Shown piece by piece: positions 17,630-28,027 of a stretch of 64,000 nt of DNA. The DNA is taken from contig NHEF01000019.1 of NCBI GenBank assembly GCA_002171615.1, forward strand, positions 36,770-100,769. Direction: 5' to 3'. The position numbers and the translations under genes are program-made. The notes under the pieces were generated by a model, which saw only the letters and a list, made by a program, of their open reading frames with translations, did no database searches and was not told where the DNA came from. The stretch comes from Gammaproteobacteria bacterium TMED78. Lineage in GTDB: Bacteria > Pseudomonadota > Gammaproteobacteria > Steroidobacterales > Rariloculaceae. Positions within the stretch are counted from its first letter, which is position 1, and every line of letters begins with the position of its first letter.

Positions 17630-19908
17630 GATCTACTTAATACCTTCTCTTTCGGATCAGTCTTCAATTCTAATTCTCTTGTTTTTTTATTTACTAAAAC
17701 CTTCACATTCCCGCCAGAGGATAAATCTCCAAACAGAAGTTTTTCAGCTAAAGGTTTTTTTATATAGTCCTTAATTACTCTTTCCATTGGTCTTGCACCC
17801 ATATTAGGATCAAAGCCTTTTTGAGCTATCCATTCTCTTGAAGGAGTATCTATCTCAATACAAACATTTTTACTCTCTAATTGAATTTCAAGTTCAATAA
17901 TTAATTTATCTACAACTCTATATATTGATTTTTTGTCCAAATTACTAAAATTAATTATTCCATCAATGCGATTTCTAAACTCTGGGGAAAAGATTTTTTT
18001 AATTGCTTCTTGGCTATCACCAGAATGATCCTGATCTGTAAAGCCTACTGAAGGCCTTGCCATCTCTTCAGCACCAGCGTTAGTGGTCATAACTATTGTT
18101 GTATTAGAAAAATCTGCTTTTCTTCCATTGTTATCGGTTAGTATTCCATAATCCATTACCTGCAATAATAAATTAAATACCTCAAGATGAGACTTTTCTA
18201 TCTCATCAAGAAGAAGAATAGAATGTGGGTTGCGTATAATTGACTCTGTTAGTAGGCCGCCTTGATCGTGCCCTACATAACCAGGAGGAGCTCCAATTAG
18301 TCTAGAAACGGTATGCTTTTCCATATACTCCGACATATCGAATCTTATCAACTCTACCCCTAAAATTTTAGAAAGCTGTCTTGTAACTTCGGTTTTACCA
18401 ACACCTGTAGGACCAGAAAGAAGAAATGTTCCCACTGGCTTACTTTCCTCAGCTAAGCCTGATCTTGACATCTTAATAGCAGAAGATAATATGTTTATTG
18501 CTCTCTCTTGGCCAAAAATAACAAGATTTAGATCTCTCTCAAGATTTTTTAATTTATCCTTATCAGAAATTGATAAAGTCTCTAATGGTAATTTTGCTAT
18601 TTTTGCTATAGTTTTTTTAATCAAATCAACATCAACAAATTTTTTCTTAGAATCACTGGAATATATTTTTTGGCTTGCCCCAGCTTCATCAATAATATCA
18701 ATAGCCTTATCTGGAAGAAATTTCTCTTTTATATGCTTATTAGATAGCTCTACTGCTGCCACCAGAGACTCGTCTTCATATTTTATTTTATGATAATCCT
18801 CAAATCTAGATTTTAATCCACGTAATATTTCAATAGTCTCGTATATAGTAGGTTCATTAATTTCAATTTTTTGAAATCTTCGAGCTAAAGCAGCATCTTT
18901 TTCAAAAATTCTTCTAAACTCATTGTAAGTAGTTGACCCAATACATTTTAAAACTCCATTCGCTAAAACTGGTTTTATAAGATTTGATGCATCTATAGCT
19001 CCGCCTGAGGCAGACCCAGCGCCTATGATATTATGAACCTCATCAATGAAGAGAATAGCATCAGGAACAAGACTAATCTCCTTTATGACACTTTTTAATC
19101 TTTCTTCAAAATCTCCTCTGTATTTGGTGCCTGCAATAAGAGATCCCATATCAAGTGAAAAAATGATTGTATCCTTAAGGACTTCAGGAACTTTGCCGTT
19201 AGAAATTAACCAAGCAAGCCCTTCAGCCAAAGCTGTTTTACCAACTCCAGGCTCACCTACTAAAAGAGGATTATTTTTTCTTCTTCTGGATAAAATCTGA
19301 ATAACCCTTTCTATCTCTTTATTTCTTCCAATCAGAGGATCAATTTTACCCGATTTTGATAACTCATTAAGATTGAGCGTATAAGCATCTAAGGGATTTA
19401 CCTTCTCCTCTTCTCTCTCATTATTTGTTCCTCTAGCCCCGCCCTTATCAGTTCCAAAAGTATCTAAATCTCTATTAGAGCCATGAGAAATATATCTGAC
19501 TACATCAATTCTAGCTACTCCATAAGATTCCAATAAATAAAAAGCTTGGGATTGCTTTTCACTAAATATAGCTACCAATATATTTGTAGGGGTTACCTTA
19601 TCATTTTCACTAGATTGTACTTGATAAATTGCCCTCTGAAGGACTCTCTGGAAGCCCAAGGTTGGCTGAACATCTAGATCATCAAAATTATCTTTATCAT
19701 TTATTCTAGGGGTAGAATCCTCAATAAAATCTGCAAGATCTTTCTTGAGTAGGTTTGTGTTAACGTCACACACATTGAGGATTTCTAAAATATCAGGAAC
19801 ATTTAGGAGGGCTAAAAGCAAATGCTCAATAGTAATTAGTTCATGCAAATTTTCTCTAGCATTCTGAAATGCATTATTGAGACAATACTCTAGCTCATCA
19901 GATAACAT
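17626..19908 (-). CDS. clpA: ATP-dependent Clp protease ATP-binding subunit ClpA
   Basis: Two AAA+ modules ([18 protein letters not shown]). The ORF extends to 19929, but the ATG at 19908 ([14 protein letters not shown]) aligns with the E. coli ClpA N-terminus and forms a TAATG junction with the clpS stop. Confidence 0.93.
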   Translation of the reverse strand: MLSDELEYCLNNAFQNARENLHELITIEHLLLALLNVPDILEILNVCDVNTNLLKKDLADFIEDSTPRINDKDNFDDLDVQPTLGFQRVLQRAIYQVQSSENDKVTPTNILVAIFSEKQSQAFYLLESYGVARIDVVRYISHGSNRDLDTFGTDKGGARGTNNEREEEKVNPLDAYTLNLNELSKSGKIDPLIGRNKEIERVIQILSRRRKNNPLLVGEPGVGKTALAEGLAWLISNGKVPEVLKDTIIFSLDMGSLIAGTKYRGDFEERLKSVIKEISLVPDAILFIDEVHNIIGAGSASGGAIDASNLIKPVLANGVLKCIGSTTYNEFRRIFEKDAALARRFQKIEINEPTIYETIEILRGLKSRFEDYHKIKYEDESLVAAVELSNKHIKEKFLPDKAIDIIDEAGASQKIYSSDSKKKFVDVDLIKKTIAKIAKLPLETLSISDKDKLKNLERDLNLVIFGQERAINILSSAIKMSRSGLAEESKPVGTFLLSGPTGVGKTEVTRQLSKILGVELIRFDMSEYMEKHTVSRLIGAPPGYVGHDQGGLLTESIIRNPHSILLLDEIEKSHLEVFNLLLQVMDYGILTDNNGRKADFSNTTIVMTTNAGAEEMARPSVGFTDQDHSGDSQEAIKKIFSPEFRNRIDGIINFSNLDKKSIYRVVDKLIIELEIQLESKNVCIEIDTPSREWIAQKGFDPNMGARPMERVIKDYIKKPLAEKLLFGDLSSGGNVKVLVNKKTRELELKTDPKEKVLSRS

Positions 19909-20237
19909 TAAATCTTTTCCATTGTGCATAAAAGCGGATGTTGATTTTTTTTTGCTAGAAGCGTTACCTGAGAAACTTTAGTTTCTGCAATTTCATGCGG
20001 ATAAACTCCGCACAAACCTTTTCCCTTTGAGTGAATATCTAACATAATTTTAGTTGCTTTAGTGCGCTCCATTGAGAAAAACCTTTCTAATACCTCCACA
20101 ACAAAATCCATAGGAGTAAAGTCATCATTGAGAAGAATAACCTGATAAACTGGAGGCTCTTTCTTCTTAGGTAGTGACTCTCTCACTAATAAATTTTCTT
20201 TATTTTCAGAACTTATTTCTAACTGATTTTTACTCAT
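19908..20237 (-). CDS. clpS: Clp protease adaptor ClpS
   Basis: 109 aa. [24 protein letters not shown] is the ClpS core; located immediately upstream of clpA. Confidence 0.93.
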   Translation of the reverse strand: MSKNQLEISSENKENLLVRESLPKKKEPPVYQVILLNDDFTPMDFVVEVLERFFSMERTKATKIMLDIHSKGKGLCGVYPHEIAETKVSQVTLLAKKNQHPLLCTMEKI

Positions 20238-20334
20238 AGTTTTATTTTTAATTATATCTAAAAATTAAGAGTAAATATGTACTTAATTCCCAAATATTAT
20301 ATAATTTTTGAAAACAGAATTATTTTCATAAATT

Positions 20335-21264
20335 ATGAATGTTAATATTGATCTCATAGAATTAAAATCCATATTATCCTCAGACTGGATTATAAGAGCC
20401 TATAAATATCTCCCTTTTTTTGTGGCAATTGTCTTGATGTTCTATTTAGCAAATATTTTGTCATCTATAGCCTGGAGGATAATATATAATGATTCAATTG
20501 CTATAAATAACCTGCCTGAAATGAGGCAAGAAATTACTAATACTGATAATAATTTAAATATAGACATAAATACTATTACAAATAATAATCTTTTTGGCGT
20601 CTTGGCAGACTCAGGATTACCACTCCAGCCAGACTTTTCTAGCTTTGTTAATACACCAGAAACAAATTTAAATATACAACTAAGAGGAGTAGTCTTTGGA
20701 GAATCAGACAATAGAAGTGTTGCAATTATCCTTACTGATAACAATGAAGAGAAGGTTTTTAGAGTTAATGACGTAATAACAAATAATGGAACTACCGTGC
20801 TTTATGCTATCTATGGAGATAAAGTTATTCTAAATAGGGCTGGCAATCTTGAAACCTTAAGCCTGCCAAAAAATATGGAGGAAAATTCAACCTCTCTAAA
20901 TATATCAATTCAAAATAACAATGGTGTCCAATCTAATAGTTCTATTCGTAATATAATTACCAATAATGCTTCAAAAATTACTGATATTTTAAGAGTTGCT
21001 CCTCACATTCAAGAGGGTAAGATGGTTGGCTTCAGAGTAAGCCCTGGCTCATCTCAAGATCAGTTTGAAACTCTAGGGCTACAATCTGGTGATGTGGTTC
21101 TAGATATCAATGGTACTGCTATGTCAGATCCAAGTAATGCTTTGCAAGTATTTGAATCGCTGAACGAATCAACTTATGCTAGTTTAACAATTCTAAGGAA
21201 TGGTGACAGGCAAGTAATATCAATAGATACCTCTCAGCTTCAGGAATTAGAAGAAAATCTATAA
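20335..21264 (+). CDS. gspC: type II secretion system protein GspC
   Basis: 309 aa. N-terminal membrane helix and a C-terminal PDZ-like segment (MVGFRVSPGSSQDQFETLGLQSGDVVLDINGT). First gene of the gsp cluster. Confidence 0.75.
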   Translation: MNVNIDLIELKSILSSDWIIRAYKYLPFFVAIVLMFYLANILSSIAWRIIYNDSIAINNLPEMRQEITNTDNNLNIDINTITNNNLFGVLADSGLPLQPDFSSFVNTPETNLNIQLRGVVFGESDNRSVAIILTDNNEEKVFRVNDVITNNGTTVLYAIYGDKVILNRAGNLETLSLPKNMEENSTSLNISIQNNNGVQSNSSIRNIITNNASKITDILRVAPHIQEGKMVGFRVSPGSSQDQFETLGLQSGDVVLDINGTAMSDPSNALQVFESLNESTYASLTILRNGDRQVISIDTSQLQELEENL

Positions 21265-21332
21265 TTGCTAGTTATTCATAAAAAAATCTTAGTATTAAGC
21301 TATAATAGATAAGACAGGTATGGAGTGGATGA

Positions 21333-23240
21333 ATGATTTCAATTAAAAAACTTATCTTTTGTTTTTGCTTTATGAATTTTTGCTTAGCTCAAGAGCTAAC
21401 AACACAAATCATGCCTAATTACAGACAAGCTGATATTAGGCAAATCATTGAAGCGGTTGGTGAAGTAACAGGTAAAAACTTCTTAGTTGATCCTAGAGTA
21501 GCTGCTGAGGTAACCCTTCTATCATTCTCACCTATGTCTCCTGATACATTTTATAATGCATTTTTAGCTACGCTTCAGGTGCATGGCTATTCTGCACAAG
21601 AAAGTGACGGTATAGTTAAAATTGTTCCTGATGCCAATGTAAGAACCCTAGCTGGACCAAACTTCAGTAATAGTGCTGATGATTTTGTAACTCAAACAGT
21701 AGTATTACAAAATGTTGCTGTCGCAAACCTTGTGCCTATTCTTAGGCCTTTAATTCCTCAATATGGCCATCTTGCAGCACATGTGGGTTCTAATACTCTA
21801 ATTATTGCAGATAGATCAGCTAACGTTGATAGAATGCTTTCCATTGTATCAAAAATGGATCAAGCTGCAGATGAAGAAATTGAAGTCATAAGACTTGAAA
21901 ACTCCTCTGCAAGCGAAATAGCAAGAATGTTAACTAGCTTAAACCAAGCATCAGTTAACGCTGGTAATGCTCCTCCCGCACAAATAGCATCTGATGATCG
22001 TTCAAATAGTATATTGATAGGTGGCTCTCTCAATAGTAGATTACGATATAGAGCCTTAATTGCGCACCTAGATGCACCCAACGAATCTGGTGGAGATACA
22101 TATGTTAGGTACCTAAACTATGCAGAGGCTGAAACATTAGCTTCTAATCTACAGAATCAATTCACAAATATTGCTAGTGGAACTAATTCATCACAAAATT
22201 TAAGTATCTGGGCCGATACTGGTACCAACTCCCTTGTAATCAATGCTCCTAATAATATCTTACAAGATATGATTTTAGTTATTGATAAATTAGATATTAG
22301 AAGAGCGCAAGTTAAAGTAGATGCCATTATCGTTGAGGTCACAGAAGATGTTTCCGGTGAATTTGGTGTCACATGGGGTATAGATGGCTCAAATGGAAAT
22401 AATCCAGTTGCTCTGACTAACTTTGGAGGAACTACTTCAGGTGTGGCTCAGATTGGAGCAGCAATTACTAGCGGAGGAGCAACGGCAGCATCTTCCCTAG
22501 GTAATCTGGTCCAAGGAGCAGCTATAGCAGTTGGCCAAATCTCTACAGATTCAAATAACGTAAATACTAATTGGGCTGGTATTTTGAGCGCACTAAGAGG
22601 AGATGCAGCAACGAATATAATATCGACACCTACTATAGTCACTCTAGATAATGAAGAAGCAGAAATAAGAGTGGGACAGGAGGTTCCATTCCTCACTGGA
22701 AGCTTTACAAATACTGGAGGAGTATCTGGATCTGTTAACCCATTCCAAACAATACAGCGTCAGGAAGTAGGCACAAGCTTAAAAATTACTCCTCAAATCA
22801 ATGAAGGCAGTGGTGTAAAACTTACTATTGAGCAAGAAACCTCAAGTATAAGTGCCGGATCATCAGGAGCTGTTGATTTAATAACAAATACTAGGACAAT
22901 TACAACTTCAGTTTTTGTGGATGATAGCGATATATTAGTCCTTGGTGGATTAATTGATGATTCCATTAGAGAAAGCGAGCAGAGTGTTCCGCTACTAGGA
23001 AAAATTCCTTTAATAGGAGGTCTCTTTAGAGCACAAACTGCACAAGAAGTTAAAACTAATTTAATGGTATTTATAAGACCAACGATTATGAGAGATAGCA
23101 TTCAAGCAAATTTTGAAACGAATGCTAAATATAGGTATATCAGAGACCTGCAATTACAACAAGCTAATGATGAGATTGCTCTTATCGGAAATGCTGAGAG
23201 GCCTATTTTACCAGAATTACCTAGTAACCCCGATCAATAA
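21333..23240 (+). CDS. gspD: type II secretion system secretin GspD
   Basis: 635 aa. N-terminal domain (DIRQIIEAVGEVTGKNFLVDPRV) and secretin core (TPTIVTLDNEEAEIRVGQEVPF, VPLLGKIPLIGGLFR). Confidence 0.93.
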   Translation: MISIKKLIFCFCFMNFCLAQELTTQIMPNYRQADIRQIIEAVGEVTGKNFLVDPRVAAEVTLLSFSPMSPDTFYNAFLATLQVHGYSAQESDGIVKIVPDANVRTLAGPNFSNSADDFVTQTVVLQNVAVANLVPILRPLIPQYGHLAAHVGSNTLIIADRSANVDRMLSIVSKMDQAADEEIEVIRLENSSASEIARMLTSLNQASVNAGNAPPAQIASDDRSNSILIGGSLNSRLRYRALIAHLDAPNESGGDTYVRYLNYAEAETLASNLQNQFTNIASGTNSSQNLSIWADTGTNSLVINAPNNILQDMILVIDKLDIRRAQVKVDAIIVEVTEDVSGEFGVTWGIDGSNGNNPVALTNFGGTTSGVAQIGAAITSGGATAASSLGNLVQGAAIAVGQISTDSNNVNTNWAGILSALRGDAATNIISTPTIVTLDNEEAEIRVGQEVPFLTGSFTNTGGVSGSVNPFQTIQRQEVGTSLKITPQINEGSGVKLTIEQETSSISAGSSGAVDLITNTRTITTSVFVDDSDILVLGGLIDDSIRESEQSVPLLGKIPLIGGLFRAQTAQEVKTNLMVFIRPTIMRDSIQANFETNAKYRYIRDLQLQQANDEIALIGNAERPILPELPSNPDQ

Positions 23241-23254
23241 CTTAGGTCATTATT

Positions 23255-24748
23255 ATGGCAGTAACCCCTGAAGATGCATCTAATGAAAAGCAAGATCCTA
23301 AAAAAGAGCAATTTTCATTCTCCTTTGCAAAAAAACATGGTGTTTTAGTTGAGGAAAATAATCATCATGGAATTAAAGTAATTTATAGAAAAAATACTTC
23401 GATTTCCAGCCTTACCGAAACTAGGAGATATCTCGATAAGCCAATTAAATATATTCCTGTTGATGAAGATATTTTTGCAGAAAAGCTTCAAGTGGCTTTT
23501 GAAGCAGCACAATCAAAAAATGTCATTGATGGGATTGATGATGATACAGATTTGATAAAAGTCGCACAGGACATTCCTGAGCCATCAGATATATTAGAAA
23601 GCAATGATCAGGCCCCTATCATTAGACTGATAAATGCTCTTCTTACAGAAGCTGTAAAAAGAAATGCTTCAGATATTCATATTGAAACTTATGAAAATAA
23701 ACTTTCTATTAGATTAAGAGTTGATGGTGTATTAGAAGAAATACTTAAATCTAAACAGGCAGTTTCACCTTTAATTATTTCAAGAATTAAGGTGATGGCT
23801 AAATTAGATATTGCAGAAAAAAGATTACCTCAAGATGGGAGAATATCCTTATTAATTGCTGGTCGAGCGGTTGATATAAGAGTATCAACAATACCATCTG
23901 GTCACGGTGAAAGAATAGTGCTTAGGCTTCTTGACAAACAAGCCGGTCGTTTAGTTTTATCAAGCTTGGGTATGTCTAATGAGGGGCAAAAAATAACTAA
24001 CTCAATAATCAAAAGACCTCATGGAATTATATTGGTGACTGGACCAACTGGCTCAGGCAAGACCACAACGCTCTATGCTGCGCTTCAAGAGATAAATGAT
24101 TCAAAAAAAAATATCCTAACCGTTGAGGATCCTATTGAATATTATATTGAAGGAGTTGGTCAAACCCAAGTAAATAATAAAGTTGACATGACATTTGCCA
24201 GGGGACTAAGAGCTATCTTGAGACAAGATCCAGATGTTGTAATGGTTGGAGAAATAAGAGATCTTGAAACTGCACAAATTGCTGTACAAGCAAGTTTAAC
24301 AGGACATTTAGTGCTTTCTACTTTACATACTAATACTGCAGTAGGTGCGGTAACGAGATTACGAGATATGGGTGTCGAGCCTTTTTTATTGGCCTCAAGC
24401 CTAATTGGTATTATTTCACAAAGACTAGTAAGAGTTTTGAATAATGAAAATAAAGAATCATTCAAACCTAGTGAATATGAGATGAATCTACTTAAATTAG
24501 ATGATGATCAAACTGAAATATATCGCGAAGGATTAGAAGGTCAAGGATATTTGGGTAGGACGGGAATATATGAAGTCATAAATATTGATGAAGAGATGAA
24601 AAACATGATTCATGATGAAGCTAGCGAACAAGAATTAGAAAAAAAGGCAAGAAAAAATAGTCCAAGCTTAAAAGATGATGGCATAAGAAGAGTTTTAGAT
24701 GGTTCTACTTCTGTTGAAGAGATCCTAAGAGTAACTAGAAAAGAGTAG
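23255..24748 (+). CDS. gspE: type II secretion system ATPase GspE
   Basis: 497 aa. Walker A GPTGSGKTTTLYA, ILRQDPDVVMVGEIRD and LTGHLVLSTLHTN. Confidence 0.95.
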   Translation: MAVTPEDASNEKQDPKKEQFSFSFAKKHGVLVEENNHHGIKVIYRKNTSISSLTETRRYLDKPIKYIPVDEDIFAEKLQVAFEAAQSKNVIDGIDDDTDLIKVAQDIPEPSDILESNDQAPIIRLINALLTEAVKRNASDIHIETYENKLSIRLRVDGVLEEILKSKQAVSPLIISRIKVMAKLDIAEKRLPQDGRISLLIAGRAVDIRVSTIPSGHGERIVLRLLDKQAGRLVLSSLGMSNEGQKITNSIIKRPHGIILVTGPTGSGKTTTLYAALQEINDSKKNILTVEDPIEYYIEGVGQTQVNNKVDMTFARGLRAILRQDPDVVMVGEIRDLETAQIAVQASLTGHLVLSTLHTNTAVGAVTRLRDMGVEPFLLASSLIGIISQRLVRVLNNENKESFKPSEYEMNLLKLDDDQTEIYREGLEGQGYLGRTGIYEVINIDEEMKNMIHDEASEQELEKKARKNSPSLKDDGIRRVLDGSTSVEEILRVTRKE

Positions 24749-25993
24749 ATGGCTGCATATAAATATACAGCTATGGATAAAAAAGGCAAAGAATCTAAAG
24801 GTATTTTAGATGCTGATAACTTAAGGCATGCTAGTGTAATTCTAAAGGAAAAAAATCTCATCCCTATAGATATCGATATATCTCAAGGTGAGGATTCTTC
24901 TAAATCAGATAAATCTTTTTTATCTATCTCTTTATTAAATTTTAATTTTTTGAAAAAAAAGATTACATCTTTAGGTCTAGCTTTAGTGACTCGTCAACTA
25001 GCAACACTGATAAAAGCGGGGCTTCCTATAGATGAAGCTCTTAAAGCGATAACCCAGCAAACCGAACAAGCAAATATAAAAAATATCATTATGGGAGTTA
25101 GATCAAAAGTAGTGGAAGGCTATAGTCTAGCCTCTGGTCTTGATGAGTATCCCTCTGTTTTTCCAAATATCTATAGAGCTACAGTAGGCTCAGGCGAACA
25201 AGCTGGTAAACTAGATCTAGTTCTAGAAAGATTAGCAGAGTACACAGAATCAAGACATAGTCTTAAACAAAAAATTAGTCATGCTCTAGTATATCCAATA
25301 GTACTAACAATAATATCTCTCTTGATTGTTATACTTATGCTTGTGTACGTAGTGCCTAAAGTTATAGGAGTATTTGAATCTACGGGTCAGACGCTACCGT
25401 TACTAACAAGGATTCTTATATTTTTATCAAACTTTTTACAGGATTGGTGGTTTTTGGTTATTGGGTTTATTCTCCTAATATACTTCTCCATAAAATTAAT
25501 ACTAAGATCAGATAAAATTAAAAAGAATTATCATAAAATTCTTTTAAGTTTACCTATTATTGGGAAGGTAAATAGAAATATTAATACAGCTAGATTCACT
25601 CGAACACTAAATATTTTAAACTCGAGCGGGGTTCCAATAATAGAAGCTATGACCATAAGCAGCACAGTTGTTACCAATCTAGCAATGAAAGAAGCGGTTG
25701 AAAATGCAATTATAGAAGTGAGAGAAGGAAATCCTATTTCTAAATCTCTACAAAAATCAAAACTATTCCCAGCAATGAGTATTCATCTTATATCTAGCGG
25801 AGAAGCGTCAGGCGAATTAGAAATAATGCTAGAAAGCGCTACGAATCATCAAGAAAGCGAAGTTAATAGCACTATCACAACAATGCTAAGTATTCTTGAG
25901 CCTGCTCTTATAATAGTAATGGGAGCAATAGTTCTTATGATTGTTCTAGCTATCCTTCTTCCAATATTTGAAATGAACCAACTTGCTATCTAG
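24749..25993 (+). CDS. gspF: type II secretion system inner-membrane platform protein GspF
   Basis: 414 aa. MAAYKYTAMDKKGKE..., duplicated GspF domain, three membrane helices. The start abuts the gspE stop. Confidence 0.93.
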   Translation: MAAYKYTAMDKKGKESKGILDADNLRHASVILKEKNLIPIDIDISQGEDSSKSDKSFLSISLLNFNFLKKKITSLGLALVTRQLATLIKAGLPIDEALKAITQQTEQANIKNIIMGVRSKVVEGYSLASGLDEYPSVFPNIYRATVGSGEQAGKLDLVLERLAEYTESRHSLKQKISHALVYPIVLTIISLLIVILMLVYVVPKVIGVFESTGQTLPLLTRILIFLSNFLQDWWFLVIGFILLIYFSIKLILRSDKIKKNYHKILLSLPIIGKVNRNINTARFTRTLNILNSSGVPIIEAMTISSTVVTNLAMKEAVENAIIEVREGNPISKSLQKSKLFPAMSIHLISSGEASGELEIMLESATNHQESEVNSTITTMLSILEPALIIVMGAIVLMIVLAILLPIFEMNQLAI

Positions 25994-26598
25994 ATAGAGC
26001 TTCTGATAACACCAACTACAACTCCCTCAATAGTTATAGCATCATATCTTATATCCAACTCAATAGTCTTATAGTTCGGATTCTCTGGAACAAGTAGTAT
26101 TCTTCTCCCCTCCTGAATATATCTTTTAACCGTAACTACATCATCAAGACGAGCAACTATAATTTGTCTATTGCTTATATTGGTGGTTCTATGAACAGCA
26201 ACTAAATCACCATCTAAAATACCAGCATCACGCATACTCATTCCCTTAACTCTAAGCAAGAAACTTGGCTCTTTAGTAAAAATACCTGTATCAATCTTAT
26301 AATAAGATTCTATATTTTCTATAGCAAGAACTGGTTCTCCAGCTGCAACACTGCCAAGTAAAGGGATACCCTGATTTATCTTGTATGTATCTTTTACCAA
26401 TATACCTCTAGAAACACCGGGCATTATGTCAATTACACCTTTCTTTTGAAGGGCCCTTAGGTGTTCCTCAGCTGCATTAGCTGACTTAAATCCAAGCTTT
26501 TTAGCTATCTCAGCCCTAGTTGGTGGCATACCAATATCAGCTATTGAGTCTTTCACTAGAGATAATATTTTCTCTTGTTTTGAGGTTAAATCTTTCAT
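25990..26598 (-). CDS. lexA: SOS repressor LexA
   Basis: 202 aa. LTSKQEKILSLVKDSIADIGMPPTRAEIA (winged HTH), AAGEP cleavage region, and the S24 peptidase motif VKGMSMRDAGILDGDLV. Confidence 0.95.
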   Translation of the reverse strand: MKDLTSKQEKILSLVKDSIADIGMPPTRAEIAKKLGFKSANAAEEHLRALQKKGVIDIMPGVSRGILVKDTYKINQGIPLLGSVAAGEPVLAIENIESYYKIDTGIFTKEPSFLLRVKGMSMRDAGILDGDLVAVHRTTNISNRQIIVARLDDVVTVKRYIQEGRRILLVPENPNYKTIELDIRYDAITIEGVVVGVIRSSI

Positions 26599-26619
26599 AA
26601 TTATAATTATATATACAAG

Positions 26620-26635
26620 CTGTATATATATACAA
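26620..26635. promoter_or_regulatory. putative LexA (SOS) box upstream of lexA
   Basis: CTGTATATATATACAA has one mismatch to the gammaproteobacterial CTGT-N8-ACAG consensus. It lies 22-37 nt upstream of the lexA start codon. Confidence 0.6.
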
Positions 26636-26743
26636 TAATATTTATTTTTTTACAATCAAATAATTTCTTAATTGAAGTGTTGGCTACTTTAGCTAATAAT
26701 ATAGTAATTGATAGATTTATCTTAAAACTACCAGGGGTTTTTT

Positions 26744-26989
26744 ATGTTAAAAAAATTACAGACGTTTACATTATTTTCAATCTTAGTATTTATTATTGGT
26801 TGTGCTTCTTCTGTTACTCAAGAAGATTTAGCGCGAGTTGAACAAGCTGCGCAGAATGCAGCAGAAATGGCTCAACGAGCTCAATCAACTGCTGATAATG
26901 CTATGAACGCGGCAAATGCTGCGCAAGATTGTTGTGATGCTACAAATGAAAAAATAGATAGAATGTTTGAAGCTACAATGCAAAAATAA
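26744..26989 (+). CDS. OprI/Lpp-like major outer-membrane lipoprotein (alanine-zipper, C-terminal Lys)
   Basis: 81 aa. Lipobox IIG|C with +2 Ala, Ala/Gln/Asn-rich heptad region, and a C-terminus ...RMFEATMQK resembling OprI ...RMLEKASRK. Confidence 0.7.
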   Translation: MLKKLQTFTLFSILVFIIGCASSVTQEDLARVEQAAQNAAEMAQRAQSTADNAMNAANAAQDCCDATNEKIDRMFEATMQK

Positions 26990-27015
26990 AACTTGATAAT
27001 TTTTCTATAAAAACT

Positions 27016-27045
27016 AACCGCTTGTGCATTCAAGCGGTTTTTTTT
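27016..27045. terminator. intrinsic terminator hairpin between convergent lpp-like and L,D-transpeptidase genes (possibly bidirectional)
   Basis: AACCGCTTGtgcattCAAGCGGTTtttttt: a 9-bp stem followed by a T-run on the plus strand. On the minus strand the same hairpin directly follows the transpeptidase stop and is followed by agttttt. Confidence 0.7.
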
Positions 27046-28027
27046 AATTCACTTTAACTGGCAATCCGTTTGAGATATTTGCAATCTCTTCTGCATAACT
27101 CCAATTAAAGCTAACCTCACCTTTACTAAAAATAGAAATATATGTTTTTGTTAGCTCAGTCATAACACCTCTAGTATCAGCTATTGTATCCTGTAAAGGA
27201 GGATGAGCTTCTAAAAAATGACTATTACCAATACTACCTAACTTAAAAGGCTGATTTATAATTTGAACTAATGTTCCTGTTGGTACATCTAAATAGAGTC
27301 TTTCTATATCTTCTGGAAACATTCTAATACAACCATGTGTCACTCTCATTCCGACCCCAGCAGGCATATTGGTACCATGGATAAGATAACCTGGAAGCAT
27401 TAATCTCAATGCGTGATTGCCAAGAGGGTTTTCTGGACCAGGAGGAATAACTCGATCTATCGGTCTATTTTGAGATGCACGCTCATCAATTATTGACTGA
27501 GGTGGATACCACGTTGGATTTTCAGCTTTACTATAAATACTTGTATTAACAATAGGCGTACTCCAATCCATTCTTCCTATACTTATTGGATGGGTAACTA
27601 AAACTCCCGGTCTATTTTCAGGAAAATAATATAATCGTAGCTCAGGTAAATTAATAACTATACCCTCCCTTTTGATGTTGCTAGGAATAATAAATCTTGT
27701 TGGAAGGATAATCTCAATACCCACTTCAGGTAACCATGGATCAATATTTGGATTGGCCATTAATAGCTCATTAAAACCAAGGTTATATTGTCTAGCTAAT
27801 TTGACAAAAGTATCACTTTCTTTAATCAAATGCTTACCTAATGTACCGACAATATCTTGATCAGATAATATAGTAAACTCATAACAGTAAGTATTTTGCA
27901 AAAAAAATGTGGACACAAATATAAAGATACATTTAAAAAAATTAGTACCTAACAAGTGAAGCCCCCCAAGTAAAACCTGCTCCAAAAGCTTCCAATAAAA
28001 GAAGATCTCCTTTTTTAATCCTCCCAT
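27044..28027 (-). CDS. L,D-transpeptidase with LysM domain (ErfK/YbiS/YcfS/YnhG family)
   Basis: LysM-like segment (ESDTFVKLARQYNLGFNELLMANP) and YkuD catalytic motif HGTNMPAGVGMRVTHGCIRM. The ORF overlaps fabH by 86 nt; the real start is probably the TTG at about 27955, just before the signal-like FKCIFIFVSTFF. Confidence 0.85.
   Translation of the reverse strand: MGGLKKEIFFYWKLLEQVLLGGLHLLGTNFFKCIFIFVSTFFLQNTYCYEFTILSDQDIVGTLGKHLIKESDTFVKLARQYNLGFNELLMANPNIDPWLPEVGIEIILPTRFIIPSNIKREGIVINLPELRLYYFPENRPGVLVTHPISIGRMDWSTPIVNTSIYSKAENPTWYPPQSIIDERASQNRPIDRVIPPGPENPLGNHALRLMLPGYLIHGTNMPAGVGMRVTHGCIRMFPEDIERLYLDVPTGTLVQIINQPFKLGSIGNSHFLEAHPPLQDTIADTRGVMTELTKTYISIFSKGEVSFNWSYAEEIANISNGLPVKVN

Noticed and set aside
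21860-23101. Series of 71-102-aa minus-strand ORFs
   Set aside because: All are antisense to gspD. This is the usual artefact of a stop-poor opposite frame.
26601-26640. TA-rich palindromic tract, considered as an IS terminal repeat or other mobile-element end
   Set aside because: It is a single copy sitting exactly at the lexA promoter, and it contains a near-consensus CTGT-N8-ACAA LexA box. No transposase is nearby.
27956-28027. N-terminal extension of the LysM-YkuD ORF overlapping fabH by 86 nt
   Set aside because: The signal-peptide-like segment begins only after a TTG near 27955, so the longer form is probably not translated.
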